Shown: in pieces, positions 1 through 13,360 of the stretch
Layout: each line of letters starts with the position of its first letter
Position numbering within the stretch: the stretch's first letter is position 1
Source: Mobula hypostoma
Lineage: Eukaryota
Length of the DNA: 64,000 nucleotides
Assembly (NCBI RefSeq): GCF_963921235.1
Contig: NC_086108.1
Location: forward strand, 114,392,001-114,456,000
Direction: 5' to 3'
Position numbers and translations under genes: made by a program
Notes under the pieces: generated by a model
Told to the model about the DNA's origin: nothing
What the model saw: the letters and a program-made list of their open reading frames with translations, nothing else
The model's database searches: none

Positions 1-1445
1 AATTGCAAATGTCACTCCACTCTTTAAGAAAAGAGGAAGGCAGCAGAAAGGAAATTATGGACTAGTTAGCCTGACCTCAGTGGTTGGGAAGATGCTGGAG
101 TCAATTGTTAAGGATGAGGTTATGGAGTACTTGGTGACACAGGACAAGATAGTACAAAGTCAGCATGGTTTCCTTCAGGGAAAATCCTGCCTGACAAACC
201 TGTTGGAATTCTTAGAGGAGATTACAAGTAGGATAGATAAAGGGGAGGCAGTGGATGTTGTATATTTGGACTTTTAGAAGGCTTTTGACAAGGTGCCACA
301 CATGAAGCTGCTTACCAAGTTAAGAGCCCATGGTATTACAGGAAAGTTCCTGGCATGGTTAGAGCACTGGCTGATTGGTAGGAGACAGCAAGCGGGAATA
401 AAAGGATCCTTTTCTGGTTGGCTGCCAGTGACTAGTGGTGTTCCACAGGGGTCGATGTTGGGACCACTTCTTTTTATGTTGTATATAAATGATTTAGATG
501 ATGGAATAGATGGCTTTGTTGCCAAGTTTGCAGATTAAATAAAGATTGGTGGAGAGGCAGGTAGTGTTGAGGAAACAGGTAGGCTGCAGAAGGATTTAGA
601 CAGATTAGGAGAATAGGTAAGAAAGAGGCAAATAAAATACAGTGTTGGAAAATGCATGGTCATGCACTTCGGTAGTAGAAATAAATGTGCAGTCTATCTT
701 CTAAACATGGAGAAAATCCAAAAATCTGAGATACAGAGGGGTTTGAGAGTTCTTGTGCAGAATACCCTGAAGGTTAACTAGCAAGTTGAGTCGGTGGTGA
801 GGAAGGCAAATGCCATGTTAGCATTCATTTCAAGAGGTCTAGAATACAAGAGTAGGGACGTGAAGCTGAGGCTTTATAAGGCACTGGTGAGGCCTCACCT
901 TGAGTATTGTGAACAGTTTTGGGCCCCTCATCTTAGAAAAGATGTGCTGGCATTGGAGAGGGTTACAAGGATGATTCCGGAAATGAAAGGGTTATCATAC
1001 AAGGGAAGTTTGATGGCTCCGGGTCCGTACTCGCTGGAATTTAGAAGGATGGGGGGGGGGGGATCTCATTAAAACCATTCGAATGTTGAAAGGCCTTGAC
1101 ATGGTAGATGTGGAAAGGATGTTTCCCGTGGTGGGGGAGTCTAGGACAAGAGGGCACAGCCTCAGGATAGAGGGGTATCCATTTAAACAGAAATGCAGAG
1201 AAATTAGCCAGAGGGTATTGAATTTGTAGAATTTGTCCATGGGCAGCTGTGGAGGCCAGGTCACTGGGTGCATTTAAGGCAGAGATTGATAGGTCCTTGA
1301 TTGGACATGGCATCAAAGGTTATGGGGAGAAGACTGGTGAGTGGGGCTGAGGAGGGGAATATAGATTCAGCCATGATTGAATGGTGGAGCAGACTCGATG
1401 GGCCAGAATGTCTAATTCTGCTCCTATGTTCTGTGGTCTTTCTGG
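1..1445 (+). mobile_element. Degenerate CR1-clade LINE, RT to 3' UTR
   Basis: ORF fragments SQHGF..KSCLTNL, GVPQGS, FAD; 3' end ATTCTGCTCCTATG; many stops and frameshifts. Confidence 0.9.
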
Positions 1446-1464
1446 TGTCAATATAACATGCTCT

Positions 1465-1632
1465 CAACTTACTAACCCTAACCTGTAGGTGTTTGGACTG
1501 TAGGAGGAGTCCCATGTGGTCACAGGAAGAACGTTAAAACTCCTTATAGACAGCGATGGGAACTGAGCCCTGATCAGGGATCACTGGCACAGTAAAGTGA
1601 TTGTGCTAACTGGTATGCCACTGTCCTGCCCT
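1465..1632 (-). mobile_element. tRNA-headed SINE fragment (HE1/V-SINE-like)
   Basis: Minus strand GGGCAGGACAGTGGC...GTTAGC head then GCTGTC..GAGTTT..ACGTTCTTCCTGTGACCACATGGG, similar to the SINE at 62965-63550. Confidence 0.55.
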
Positions 1633-1723
1633 GCGGGGAGGTGCTGATGGAACTTGGTGAGTCAGTGGACCCAAAACAACAATTGTCCATTTCCCTAGCG
1701 TCACTTTATGGACATTCAATCAA

Positions 1724-1969
1724 TAGTCATAGTCATAGTCATACTTTATTGATCCCGGGGGAAATTGGTTTTTGTTACAGTTGCACCATAAATAATAAAT
1801 AGTAATAGAACCATAAATAGTTAAATAGTAATATGTAAATTATGCCAGTAAATTATGAAATAAGTCCAGGACCAGCCTATCGGCTCAGGGTGTCTGACCC
1901 TCCAAGGGGGGAGTTGTAAAGTTTGATGGCCACAGGCAGGAATGACTTCCTATGACACTCGGTGCTGCA
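1724..1969 (-). mobile_element. 3' end of Rex/Babar-L2-like LINE with (GACTAT)n tail
   Basis: Minus-strand CSTECHRKSFLPVAIKLYNS, AATAAA and a short tandem tail. Confidence 0.6.
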
Positions 1970-2194
1970 TCAATTTATATAAGCTATTTTATGTATTTAA
2001 ATTTATTGTGTTTTGTTATCTTGTGTTTTTTTTGTGCTGCATTGGATGCAGAGTAACAATTATTTCGTTCTCCTTTACACTCGTGCACTGGAAATGACAT
2101 TAAACAATCTTGAACCTTCAATGCTGAACAGCAGGATGCTGGTTTATGAAAGTAAAACATTCATTAAAGTGGAGAAGTGCTGAGATTTGTTCCC

Positions 2195-4545
2195 AAGGCC
2201 TGAGTTATAGGGAGAGGTTGAACTTTATTCCTCTGGAGTGCAGGAGACATTATTCACAGAGGTGAATAACATCAGGGGCAGGACAGATTGGGTGAATGCA
2301 CGTGGTCTGTTACCTGGGCAAATAGAAACAAACACTAGGGGGCATATATTTAAGGTGAGAGGGGAGAAATTTCAAAGGGACCTGCGGGGTAACGTCTTCG
2401 CACAGAGGGAGGTGAGTGTATGGAATGAGCTGCCAGAGGAAATGGTTGAGGTGGTTACAGTAACTGTATTTAAGACACGGGGGCAGGTTAACGTAGAACA
2501 TTACGGCATAGTAACAGTCCAGGCTCTTTGACCCATGATGTTGACCAACCCTCTACCCTACTCTAAGATCAACCTAACTCCTACGTAGCCCTCCATTTTT
2601 CTATCATCGGTGTACCTAATAAGAGTATCTTCAAGGTCCCTACCTACTTTTACCACTACCCCTTGCAGGGTGTTCCACTCACTCACCACTGTGTTAAAAA
2701 CCTACCTCTGACATCCCCCTATACTTCCCTCCAATCACCTTAAAATTATACCTCCTCGTATTAGCCAGTTCCATCCTGGGAAACAATCTCCAGCTGTCCA
2801 CTCTATCTTCACCTCTTTTCATCTTGTACACCACTATCAAGTCATCTCTCATCGTCCTTCACTCCAAAGAGAAAAGCCCAAGCTCACTCAACCCATCCAC
2901 ATAAGACATGATCTCTAATCCAGGCAGCATCCTGGTAAATCTCCTCTGCACCCTCTCTAAAGCTTCCACATCCTTCCTGTAATGGGGTGTCCAGAAGTAA
3001 ACACAATACTCCAACTAGAGTTTATAGAGCTTCAACAATACCTTATTGTCTAATCCAGTCAGTGTTCTGGCTGCTCTGAATGCCTCTTTCCAGGAGGGGC
3101 CATGATTCATCATTGAGGGGGTGGGTGGGTCTTTCCTGCCCCTTCGACCCAAAATCACAGCACTTATGAACTGGAGAATTCAAGGCACTCTTACTTTTGC
3201 AATTTAAGGGGACCCAGGATGATTCCAGGAATGAAAGGGTTAATGTATGAGGATTGTTTGATGGCTCTGGGCCTGTACTCACCAGAGTTTAGAAGAATGA
3301 AGGGGGGAGCTCATTGAAACCTAATTAATATTGAAAGTCTGAGATAGGGTGAATGTGGAAAAGATGTTTCCTGTAGTGGGGAAGTCTAGGATCAGAGAGC
3401 ACAGCCTTAGAATAGAGTGATGTCCAACTCGAACAGAGATGAGGAGGAAATTCTTTAGCCATAGAGTGCTGAATCTGTGGAATTCATTGCCACAGATGGC
3501 TGTGGAACAAGTTATGGAGCATATTTAAAGCAGACGCTGATAGTTTCTTGATTATTCAGGGCATCAAAGTTTAAAGGGAGATGGCAGGGGAATGGGGCTG
3601 AGGGGGAGAATGAATCAGCTGTGATGGAATGGCAGAGCAGACTTTTATGGTCTTCGGGACCAGAGGGGCAATTTTTTCGGCACAAAGGGTGTTGAATGTT
3701 TGGAACAAGCTGCCAGAGCAACTGGTGGAGATAGAGCTTTGACAACAAGCTAGGCCAACATCTGTGAGCCCATGTCCGAGCCTGCTGAAGGCTGAAGGAA
3801 ATCGGCGCATGCCTGGGTTAGAGGACTGTGTCTGTACATGGGTGGGAGGGAGGTACAGGGCACTTTGCTGCCACTATTTTATTGCTTGTCGTGTTCTGTG
3901 TTGTTCTGCCCGGCACTCTATGTTGCTGCTGGAATGTGTGGCATAAATGACACATTTCGTTGTATGTTTCGATGTATACATGATCAATCAACTTTGATCT
4001 TGAATTGTTCAAGAGAGATTTGAACAGGTAGGGACGCAGGCCAAATGTTGGTGTAGCTTCTCCTGGAACAGTACAGCACCAGACCATGATATTGTGCTCA
4101 ACTAATTACACTAACATTTGCAAGGATGTTGTTGGGACTTGAAGACCTGAGTTTTAGAGGAAGGTTGAATAGCTAGGACTTTATTACCTGAAGCATTGGA
4201 GAATGAGGAGAGATTTGACAGAGATTTACAAAATTATGAGGAGTATAGATAGGGTAAATGCAAACAAGCTTTTTCCACTGAGATCGGGTGAGACTACAAC
4301 TAGAGGCCAAGGGTTAAGGGTGAAATACTTAAAGAGGACTTGAGGGAGAGCATCTTCACTCAGAGAGTGGTAGAGTGTGGAGTGAGCTGCCAGTGGAAGT
4401 GGTTGCAACATTTAAAAGAAGTTTGGATAAGTACATGGATGGGAGGGGTATGGAGGGATATGGTGTGGGTGAGGGCCTGTGGAACTAGCAAAAGAACAGT
4501 TCAGCATGGACGATGGGCTGAAGGGCCTGTTTCTGTGCTGTAGCG
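2195..4545. repeat. Cluster of short degenerate CR1-type 3' fragments in both orientations
   Basis: Repeated TRGH..K / FFTQRVV..WN.LP-like motifs and GGGCCTGTTTCTGTGCTG 3' ends. Confidence 0.75.
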
Positions 4546-5917
4546 CTGAATGACTCGATAACTCCATAAATAGAATTAACATAAGCTGTGTGGCTAGCAT
4601 ACTGTAGATGAGTTGGGCTGGGAGAATTCATTTCCATTTGGTGTACCTGTCTACCATTGTGCACCCATTTGTGGTCTGCCACGGTTACACGGCGTAGTCA
4701 AAGACAGTGCAAGCAGGAACGGATTCCCAGTTCCTCAATCTTTAACTCTACAACTCACGTTCTCAGTATTATTCATTTATTTATCTATTATTGGCACAAT
4801 TTGTCTTCTTTTGCAAGTTGGTTGTTTGTCAGTCTTACTTACGTGTATCTTTTCATAGATTCTATTGCATTTCCTTTCTTTCCTGTAAATGCCTGCAAGA
4901 AGATGAATCTCAAGATAGTATATGCAACATATAATCACTTTGATAACAGATATACTTTCAAACTTTGAACTACCCAGGTCAGTGTCAGTGCTGGAGCCTG
5001 TTTGAATTTGGCAGCAGAGGTATAACTGAGGGACACAGACCAATCGTGTCATGTTCAGAATCAGAATCAGGGCAGTAGTACATTGCAATACATAATTAAA
5101 ACTCTATAAATTACTATATATATGTAATGCAAAAATAGGGGAATTGTCCATTCAGAAATCTCATGGCGGGGAGGAAGAACTGTTCCTGAAACACTGAGTG
5201 TGTGTAGTCGAGCTCCTGTACCTCCTCCCTGATGGTACAAATGCATCAGGGAGGAGGTACAGGAGGGGATATCCTGGGTGATGAGGTCCTTAATGACGGA
5301 GGCTGCCTTTTTGAGGCATCACCTTTTGAAGGTGTCCTCGATGTTGGGGAGGCTAGTGTCCATGATCGTGTCTACCTGCAGCTTTTTCCGATCCTGTGCA
5401 GTAGCCCCTCCAGACCAGGCGGTATGAACAACGCATGACCTTGCTCTCAAGGACTCTTCATCTCCTGTGTCGATATTTGTTGCTTATTTATTATTTTTTT
5501 CTCTGCTCAAGCTGGTAAAACCTGAGGTACAGGAAGGGCAAGCATACTCATTTCTCAATCACAAGGAACTTTCGGACTATTTTAGTGCTGTTTTGTATTG
5601 TGACTTTCTGAAAATCTATGTAAGTATTACTGTGTAGGCCTAATTGTTTAATGCTTTTGTGTAGTGCCTTTGGGATTATGCCAGTTGTAAATATTACTAT
5701 TGGGACAATGTATACCCTGTTCATGTTCCAAAGTCTTTCAATTTCCTCTTTTAATTCAGCATACTTCTGGTGTTTTACACATTGATTTCTATAAGTTATG
5801 TGTGCTTGGAATGGCTATGTCTATTAGATATGTTAGTCTTGTTTGTTTATCCTGTATTATTATATTGGGACTGTTATTATGGATTGTCCTATCTGTAATA
5901 ACTAATCGGTCGTAATA

Positions 5918-6520
5918 TGTAACACTCTGATTCCGTCGGCTGCGTAAGTCTGGGGAGACACCCTCTGGCCCCGCCAAACGTGGGAGATTGAAATGCAAAC
6001 CCCCTAAATCCCCCTGTTTGTGTGGATGTTGTGTGACTTGTTACCCTGTTACAAATAAGTACCACGAAATAACAGACAGGACACCACATACAATTAAAAG
6101 ATTTAACTTTATAATTCTTAGTTTGACTAGACGTTTAGTAACGAAAAAGCAATAAAAGAAAAGGGCCCATTTTAAATGAAACAGTTGAATGTGCACAAAT
6201 TGGAGCTCACGGTTTCCTCGTCGCCAATCCTCCTTTGATCTCTCTGGGCTTCATCGAATCATGGCCCCACTCCGGGTTGACTCCTCTGACCTCTTCTCTC
6301 CGGCATCTTCTCTCTTCTCTCTCCTCTCTCCGCAAAAACCCCAAGCCCAACCTTAATGTCCCTCACCAGAGAAACCTCCCCTGAATCCGTTCATCCCCAC
6401 TGGATCCACACATTTCTCCTATCTCCTGTCTTCAACAGTAACCCAAACACGCAGCTCACACAGAGAAGAGAAAAGCATAACAGGGAAAAAAATATGAACC
6501 ACGTGAACCAAGGCATTACG
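5918..6520. mobile_element. Probable solo LTR (gypsy-like), about 600 bp
   Basis: Begins TGTAAC, ends CATTAC(G) (imperfect TG...CA inverted ends); cleanly interrupts the R4-type relic, whose two halves join when it is removed; ATA duplicated at both sides; non-coding. Confidence 0.6.
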
Positions 6521-6545
6521 ATATACTTCATGGTATTCTGACTCT

Positions 6546-9033
6546 AGAAACCATAGAAACCACAGCACAGAAACAGGCCTTATAACCCTTCTTGGCTGTG
6601 CCGAACCATTTTCTACCTAGTCGCACTGACCTGCACACGGACCATATCCCTCCATATACCTCCCATCCATGTATCTGTCCAATTTATTCTTAAATGTTAA
6701 AAAAGAACCCGCATTTACCACCTCATCTGGCAGCTCATTCTATACTCCCACCACTCTCTGTGTGAAGAAGTCCCCCCTAATGTTCCCTTTAAACTTTTCC
6801 CCCCTCACCCTTAACCCATGTCCTCTGGTTTTTTTCTCCCCTTGCCTCAGTGGAAAAAGCCTGCTTGCGTTCACTCTATCTATACCCATCATAATTTTAT
6901 ATACCTCTATCAAATCTCCCCTCATTCTTCTACGCTCCAGGGAATAAAGTCCCAACCTATTCAACCTTTCTCTGTAACTGAGTTTCTCAAGTCCCGGCAA
7001 CATCCTTGTAAACCTTCTCTGCACTCTTTCAACCTTATTAATATCCTTCCTGTAATTTGGTGACCAAAACTGAACACAATACTCCAGATTCGGCCTCAGC
7101 AATGCCTTATACAACCTCATCATAACATTCCAGCTCTTATACTCAATACTTTGATTAATAAAGGCCAATGTACCAAAAGCTCCCTTTACGACCCTATCTA
7201 CCTGTGACGCCACTTTTAGGGAATTTTGTGTCTATATTCCCAGATCCCTCTGTTCTACTGCACTCCTCTGTGCCTTACCATTAACCCTGTATGTTCTACC
7301 TTGGTTTGTCCTTCCAACGTGCAATACCTCACACTTGTCTGTATTAAACTCCATCTGCCATTTTTCAGCCCATTTTTCCAGCTGGTCCAAATCCCTCTTG
7401 CAAGCTCTGAAAACCTTCCTCACTGTCTACTACATCTCCAATCTTTGTATCATCAGCAAATTTGCTGATCCAATTTACCACATTATCATCCCGATCGTTG
7501 ATATAGATGACAAATAACAATGGACCCAGCACTGATCCCTGTGGCACACCACTAGTCACAGGCCTCCACTCAGAGAAGCAATTCTCTACCACCACTCTTT
7601 GGCTTCTACCATTGAGCCAATGTCTAATCCAATTTACCACCTCTCCATGTATACCTAGCGACTGAATTTTCCTAACTAAACTCCCATGCAGGACCTTGTC
7701 AAAGGCCTTACTGAAATCCATGTAGACAATATCCACTGCCTTCCCTTCATCCACTTTCTTGGTAACCTCCTCGAAAAACTCCAACAGATTGGTCAAACAT
7801 GACCTACCACGCACAAAGCCATGTTGACTCTCCCTAATAAGTCCCTGTCTATCCAAATGCTCGTAGATCCTGTCTCTTAGTACTCCCTCCAATAACTTAC
7901 CTACTACCGACGTTAAACTTACCGGCCTATAATTTCCTGGATTACTTTTCGATCCTTTTTTAAACAACGGAACAACATGAGCCACTCTCCGATCCTCCGG
8001 CACCTCACCTGTAGACAGCGACATTTTAATTATTTCTGCCAGGGCCCCTGCAATTTCAACACTAGTCTCCTTCAAGGTCCGAGGGAACACCCTGTCAGGT
8101 CCCGGGGATTTATCCACTTTAATTTTCCTCAAGACAGCAAGCACCTCCTCCTTTTCAATCTGTACAGTTTCCATGATCTCACTACTTGTTTCCCTTAGTT
8201 CCATAGACTTCATGCCAGTTTCCTTAGTAAATACAGACGCAAAAAACCTATTTAAGACCTCCCCCATTTCCTTTGGTTCCGCACATAGCTGACCACTCTG
8301 ATCTTCAAGAGGACCAATTTTATCCCTTACAATCCTTTTGATCTTAATATACCTGTAAAAGCTCTTTGGATTATCCTTCACTTTGACTGCCAAGGCGACC
8401 TCATGTCTTCTTTTAGCCCTCCTGATTTCTTTCTTAAGTATTTTCTTGCACTTCTTATACTCCTCAAGCACCTTATTTACTCCCTGTTTCCTATATATGT
8501 CATACAACTCCCTCTTCTTCTTTATCAGAGTTGCAATATCCCTTGAGCACCAAGGTTCCTTATTCCTATTCACTTTGCCTTTAATCCTGACAGGAACATA
8601 CAAACTCTGCACTCTCAAAATTTCTCCTTTGAAGGCTTCCCACCTACCGATCACATCTTTGCCAGAGAACAACCTGTCCCAATCCACGCTTTTTAGATCC
8701 TTTCTCATTTCTTCAAATTTGGCCTTCCTCCAGTTCAGAACCTCAACCCTAGGACCAGATCTATCCTTGTCCATGATCAAGTTGAAACTAATGGTGTTAT
8801 GATCACTGGAACCAAAGTGCTCCCCTACACAGACTTCTGTCACCTGTCCTAACTCGTTTCCTAACAGGAGATCCAATATTGCATCCCCTCTAGTTGGTCC
8901 CTCTATATATTGATTTAGAAAACTTTCCTGAACACATTTTACAAACTCTAAACCATCTAGATCCCTAACAGTATGGAAGTCCCAATCAATATATGGAAAA
9001 TTAAAATCCCCTACTACCACAGCTTTATGTTTC
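6546..9033 (-). mobile_element. 5'-truncated CR1 LINE (family B)
   Basis: APE C-terminal part (GDFN, SDH) plus RT (PQGS, FADD) in ORFs 7365-9134 and 6740-7213; TTTCTATGG tail; flanked by TCTAGAA / TCTAAAA. Confidence 0.92.
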
Positions 9034-10495
9034 ATGTTTTCTAAAATTGGATCAGGCTTGCATTTATAGCAAGGTGTGATTTCATTTATGAGTTTGTATT
9101 TTAAAGCAGGGTTTTGGTGAGCGCTGTTTGCCACTTGATTGTGCCTGTGTCAGTAATCGGGTTGAGTTGAACTGCTACGGGATTCTATAATATGTTGGAC
9201 TGTTTCTGGTTTTCCTTGGAATTTTCTACATTTACCATCTTGAATTTATTAGTTTTATTTATGTATTTTTAATATTTTTTGTGTTAACCAGCTAGTCCTG
9301 TATTGCCACAAGGAACTCTTCTTTCTCTGGGAAGAGGTCTCCAACTCTGAACCAGGTGCTTACACTTCCTTGTCGACATCTTGTTTACTCAGATCATGGG
9401 ATGTCTTCCATGGAGGGTCATGCTCTTTCATTGGTTAACTTTTTCTTCTGTAGTGATAATTTCTTCAGTTTTTGGACTGTTCTCTCATTCAAATTTAGTG
9501 GTATATAATTCTTATCAGAATTGTGTATGGAGTGCTGAATGCTGTTTCTGTTGATGAAACTATATCCTTAGAAGTTTTATCTAACTGTTGTGTAGATTTT
9601 TAATGACTGTTATTCCTCTCCCCCCTTCTGTCCTAGGTAATGTTAATCTAAGTGCTTTCAAATGTACATAATGTTTTCTGAAATTTGTCATTTCAGTTCT
9701 TAACTTTTCTTTGTAGATTTTCCAGATCAGTTTCAGACCAAGATATTATGCCAACAGAATACATTCATACAGGTGTAGCAAAAGTGTTTATTGCCTTTGT
9801 TATATTTTTACTGTTGAGCTCTATTTGGCAGAATTTCTTAAGCCTTGAAGAAAATTCTGTCTTAAGTTTTTCCTTTATCACACTATGATCCATTTTCTTT
9901 GCTTGTTGATATCCCAGATGCGTATATGTTTCATATTCGTCCATCGGTTGTATTGTATCCTGCTGCTCTGTTTTGTATTCTACCAGCTCTATTACACCTT
10001 TCTTTATGTTGAATGTTCTGCACTTATCCAGTCAAACGTTTGTGTTCATATCTTTCAAATATAGTTTTACTATGTGAATTAATTGCTCTAGCTTAACTGA
10101 TAAAGGAGTACGTAATTTCAAGTCATCCATGTATAAAAGGTATGTTAAGGTATAGCTCATTTCATTGTTTCTGATTTGATACACAATTTTTATCCAATTC
10201 GGTAAATTAGAGAGCGGGTTAAAGCTGGACAGAACCATAGTGGACTTAGAGAGTCACCTTGGAATATGCCTTGGTTTATTTTGGTAATGGTGAGTGTTCT
10301 TTTTTCGTTGTTAATAGATAGGGTGATTATAGTATGCCAATGCTTCATCAGATTTTGAAAGATTTTCACAAGTATTTGGTGTCATTTATATACATTAAGA
10401 ACTTCTGTTAACCGTAAATCTGGGATAGAGTCAAATGCCTTTAGTCGTCAATATAGCAACATGAAAGATTTTTTATTTTCCACCGGGCTTGATTT

Positions 10496-10995
10496 AGGAA
10501 CTTTCGGATTATTCTCATGACGTTCAGTATTGTGGCTTTCCGAAGAGTTACATAGATATTGCTGTGTAGCCCTAATTATTTAATGCTATTGCACAGTGAC
10601 TGGGATGACACCAGTTGTAGATATTACTATTGGGACAATGTACCCTGTTCATATTCCAAAGTCTTTTAATTCCTCTTTTAATTCAGCATGTTTCTGGTGA
10701 TTTTCACTGATTGATTTCTGCAAGCTGTGCGTGTTTGGAATGGCTATGTCTATTGAATATGTTGTTCTTGCTTGTTTATCCTGTATTATTATATCAGGAC
10801 TGTTATTATGAATTGTCCTGTCTGTAATAACTGATTGGTCATAACATAATTTATGGTATTTTGGCACTGAAACTGGATCAGGCTTGTATTTATAGTAAGG
10901 CACGATTTCATTCATGAGTTTGCATTTTAAAGCAAGATTTTGATGAATGATGTTTGCCACTTGATTGTGCCTGTATAAGTAATCAGACTGTGTTG
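10496..10995 (-). mobile_element. Second R4/Dong-type fragment (REL endonuclease domain only)
   Basis: ORF 10649-11017: YLYRHNQVANIIHQNLA...ITDRTIHNNSPDIIIQDKQARTTYSIDIAIP (PD..D); homologous to 5565-5915 plus 9040-9170. Confidence 0.8.
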
Positions 10996-11310
10996 AGAAC
11001 ACAAGAACTAGGAGCAAGAGTAGGGCATCTGGCCCATTGAACCTGCTCCATCATTCAATAAGATTAAGTTTGGTCTGACCACAGACTCATCTCCACTTAC
11101 CTGCACATAACCCTTGTCCTACTCTGCAAAAATCTATCTTGCTGCAGGATCCTGTTAAGTGTTGGTTTGCTTCCGGTTTTATTATTATTATTTTCTCTAT
11201 TGTATCTTCACAGTTTGTGTTTTGCATATTGGTCTTTCATTGATTCTATTATGGTTATTGGATTTATTGAGCAAGAAAACATATCTCAAAGTCATAGACA
11301 GTGGCATACA

Positions 11311-11787
11311 TATGAGGGGTGATTGATAAGTTCATAGCCTAAGGTAGAAGAAGATGAGTTAATAACTTCAAACTTTCTGCATTATCACTCAAACAATTGA
11401 ATTGCATGTGCATGTAACAAGAGAGTCTTAGACCTCCAGGTGGTCCACAGAAGGGGTGATTGATAAGTTTGTGGCCTTAGGTAGGAGGAGATGAGTTATA
11501 CAGCTTGTTACATGCACGTATAGTTCAACTGTGAGTGAAAATGCAAAAAGTTTTAAGTTAATAACTCATCTCCTTCTACCTTAGGCCATGAACTTATCAA
11601 TCACCCTTGCTGTGGGCCACTTCTGGAGGTCCAAGATGCTGATTTCCACAAAGGGATCCGTATGCTCCATGACCGTTGGACTAAGTGTGTAAATGTAGGA
11701 AAAATAAATGTGCTAGTTTTTCTAAACTAGACTCCTACCTTAGGCCACGAACTTATTATCAAAGTACAAGGGGTGATCGATAAGTTT
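11311..11787. mobile_element. Mariner-derived non-autonomous element with multiple TIR copies
   Basis: GGGGTGATTGATAAGTT..GCCT.AGGTAG at about 11316 and 11453, inverted at about 11575-11607 and 11735-11760, partial at about 11769; remnant FHKGIRMLHDRWTKCVNVG resembles a mariner transposase C-terminus. Confidence 0.7.
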
Positions 11788-12364
11788 ACTTTGAGCATTC
11801 AGATTTTCCTTCCCATCCTGTGCAGTGGCCCCTCCATACCAAAGTTAAAATGCTCTCCGTTACCACGTTGATGGGCCTGGAGTCATATATGGACCAGATC
11901 TCCTCTGCTAAAGGTGGTCAGTCAACCAGAATAAGGTTCAACCGCAATCTGGTTGGGAAGATTAATTGAATTTAAACTGCACAGCCCCTAGGCTCAGAGT
12001 GGAATTCTGCCAACCTCGGGCTCAGACCTAACATTCAAACTCAATCCAGGAAGTTAAAAAAAAAACACATCCAGGACTTAGGGGTGCTTGAGTTAGGAGG
12101 GGAGACTGGGTCTGCTCAGTATATTTTCCCCAGAGTGAAGGGAGGCAGCATGGAGTCAGAGCTTTGCAACACAGAAACAGGCCCTTCGGCCCATGCCAAA
12201 TGGTTATTCTGCCCAGTCCTATACGATGGCTTTTTAGAGCAGCATGTGGTTGAACCCACTCAGGGATCAGCTATTCTGGATTGTGACCTAATGCAATGAA
12301 CCAGAATTGATTAGAGAGCTTAAAGTTAAGGGACCTGTAGTAGGCAATAATCATAATGATAGAA

Positions 12365-13019
12365 GGCGGCTAAAAGACATGAGGTTGCCTTGGCAGTCAA
12401 AGTGAAGGATAATCCAAAGAGCTTTTACAGGTATATTAGAAGGATTGCAAGGGATAAAATTGGTCCTCTTGAAGATAAGAGTGGTCGGATATGTGTGGAA
12501 CCAAAAGAAATGGGGGAGATCTTAAATGGTTTTTTTGAGTATTTACTAGGGAAACTGGCATGAAGTCTATGGCATTAAGGGAAACAAGTAGTGAGCTCAT
12601 GGAAACTGTACAGATCGAAGAGGAGGAGGTGCTTGCTATCTTGAGGCAAATTAAAGTGGTTATATCCCCAGGACCTGACAGGGTATTCCCTCGGACCTTG
12701 AAAGAGACTAGTGCTGAAATTGCAGGGGCCTGGCAGATATATTTAAAATGTCGGTGTCTATGGGTGAGGTGCCAGAGGACTGGAGAATGGCTCATGTTGT
12801 TCCATTGTTTAAAAAAAAAGGAATGAGCTGCCAGACGAGGTGGTAAATGCGGGTTCTTTTTTTTTAACATTTAGGAATAAATTGGACAGATACATGGATG
12901 GGAGATATATGGAAGGATATGGTCCGTGTGCAGGTCAGTGGGACTAGGCAGAAAATGGTTCGGCACAGCCAAGAAGGGCCAAAAGGCCTGTTTCTGTGCT
13001 GTAGTTTCTATGGTTTCTG
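12365..13019 (+). mobile_element. CR1 family B copy, 5'-truncated with large internal deletion
   Basis: Matches 16705-17172 then jumps (about 12820) to the 3' end (GGAATGAGCTGCC); TAGAA duplicated at both ends; inserted in an older CR1 spanning about 12200-16045. Confidence 0.85.
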
Positions 13020-13360
13020 TAGAATTCACCCTGCAGCTGTAGTCAGATGTATCAGTATTACAGTGGAGTAAAGGGGATTACAGAGGCATGAGAGGAGAGC
13101 TGGCCAAAGTTGATTGGAAGGGGAAAATAGCAAGTATGTTGGCAGAGCAGCAATGGCCAGAGGTTATGGGAGCATTTTGGAAGATGCCAGATAGATACAT
13201 CCCAAAGTAGTAGTATTCTAAAAGTAGGATGAAACAACCATGGTTGATGAGGGAAGTCAAAGCCAAAATAAAAGCGAAAAAGAGGGTATATAATAGAGCA
13301 AAAATTAGTGGGAAGTTAGATGATTGGGAATTATTTTTAAAACCAACGAAGGCAACTATA

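Larger units (their letters stand above)
5520..10495 (-). mobile_element. R4/Dong-type (REL endonuclease) non-LTR retrotransposon relic, interrupted by a solo LTR and a CR1
   Basis: RT motifs YID..KAFDSIP (about 10430-10460), GIFQGDSLSPLWFC (about 10230-10275), LLYMDDLKL; degenerate CCHC knuckle plus RHNQVA (about 9130-9240); ITDRTIHNNSPNIIIQDK..YLIDIAIP (5800-5915). Confidence 0.8.

Noticed and set aside
7365..9134. 589-aa ORF appearing to fuse an REL-endonuclease-type N-terminus to a CR1 APE-RT
   Set aside because: Chance in-frame junction where a truncated CR1 inserted into the R4-type relic at about 9035; no ATG at the listed start and a frameshift soon after FADD.
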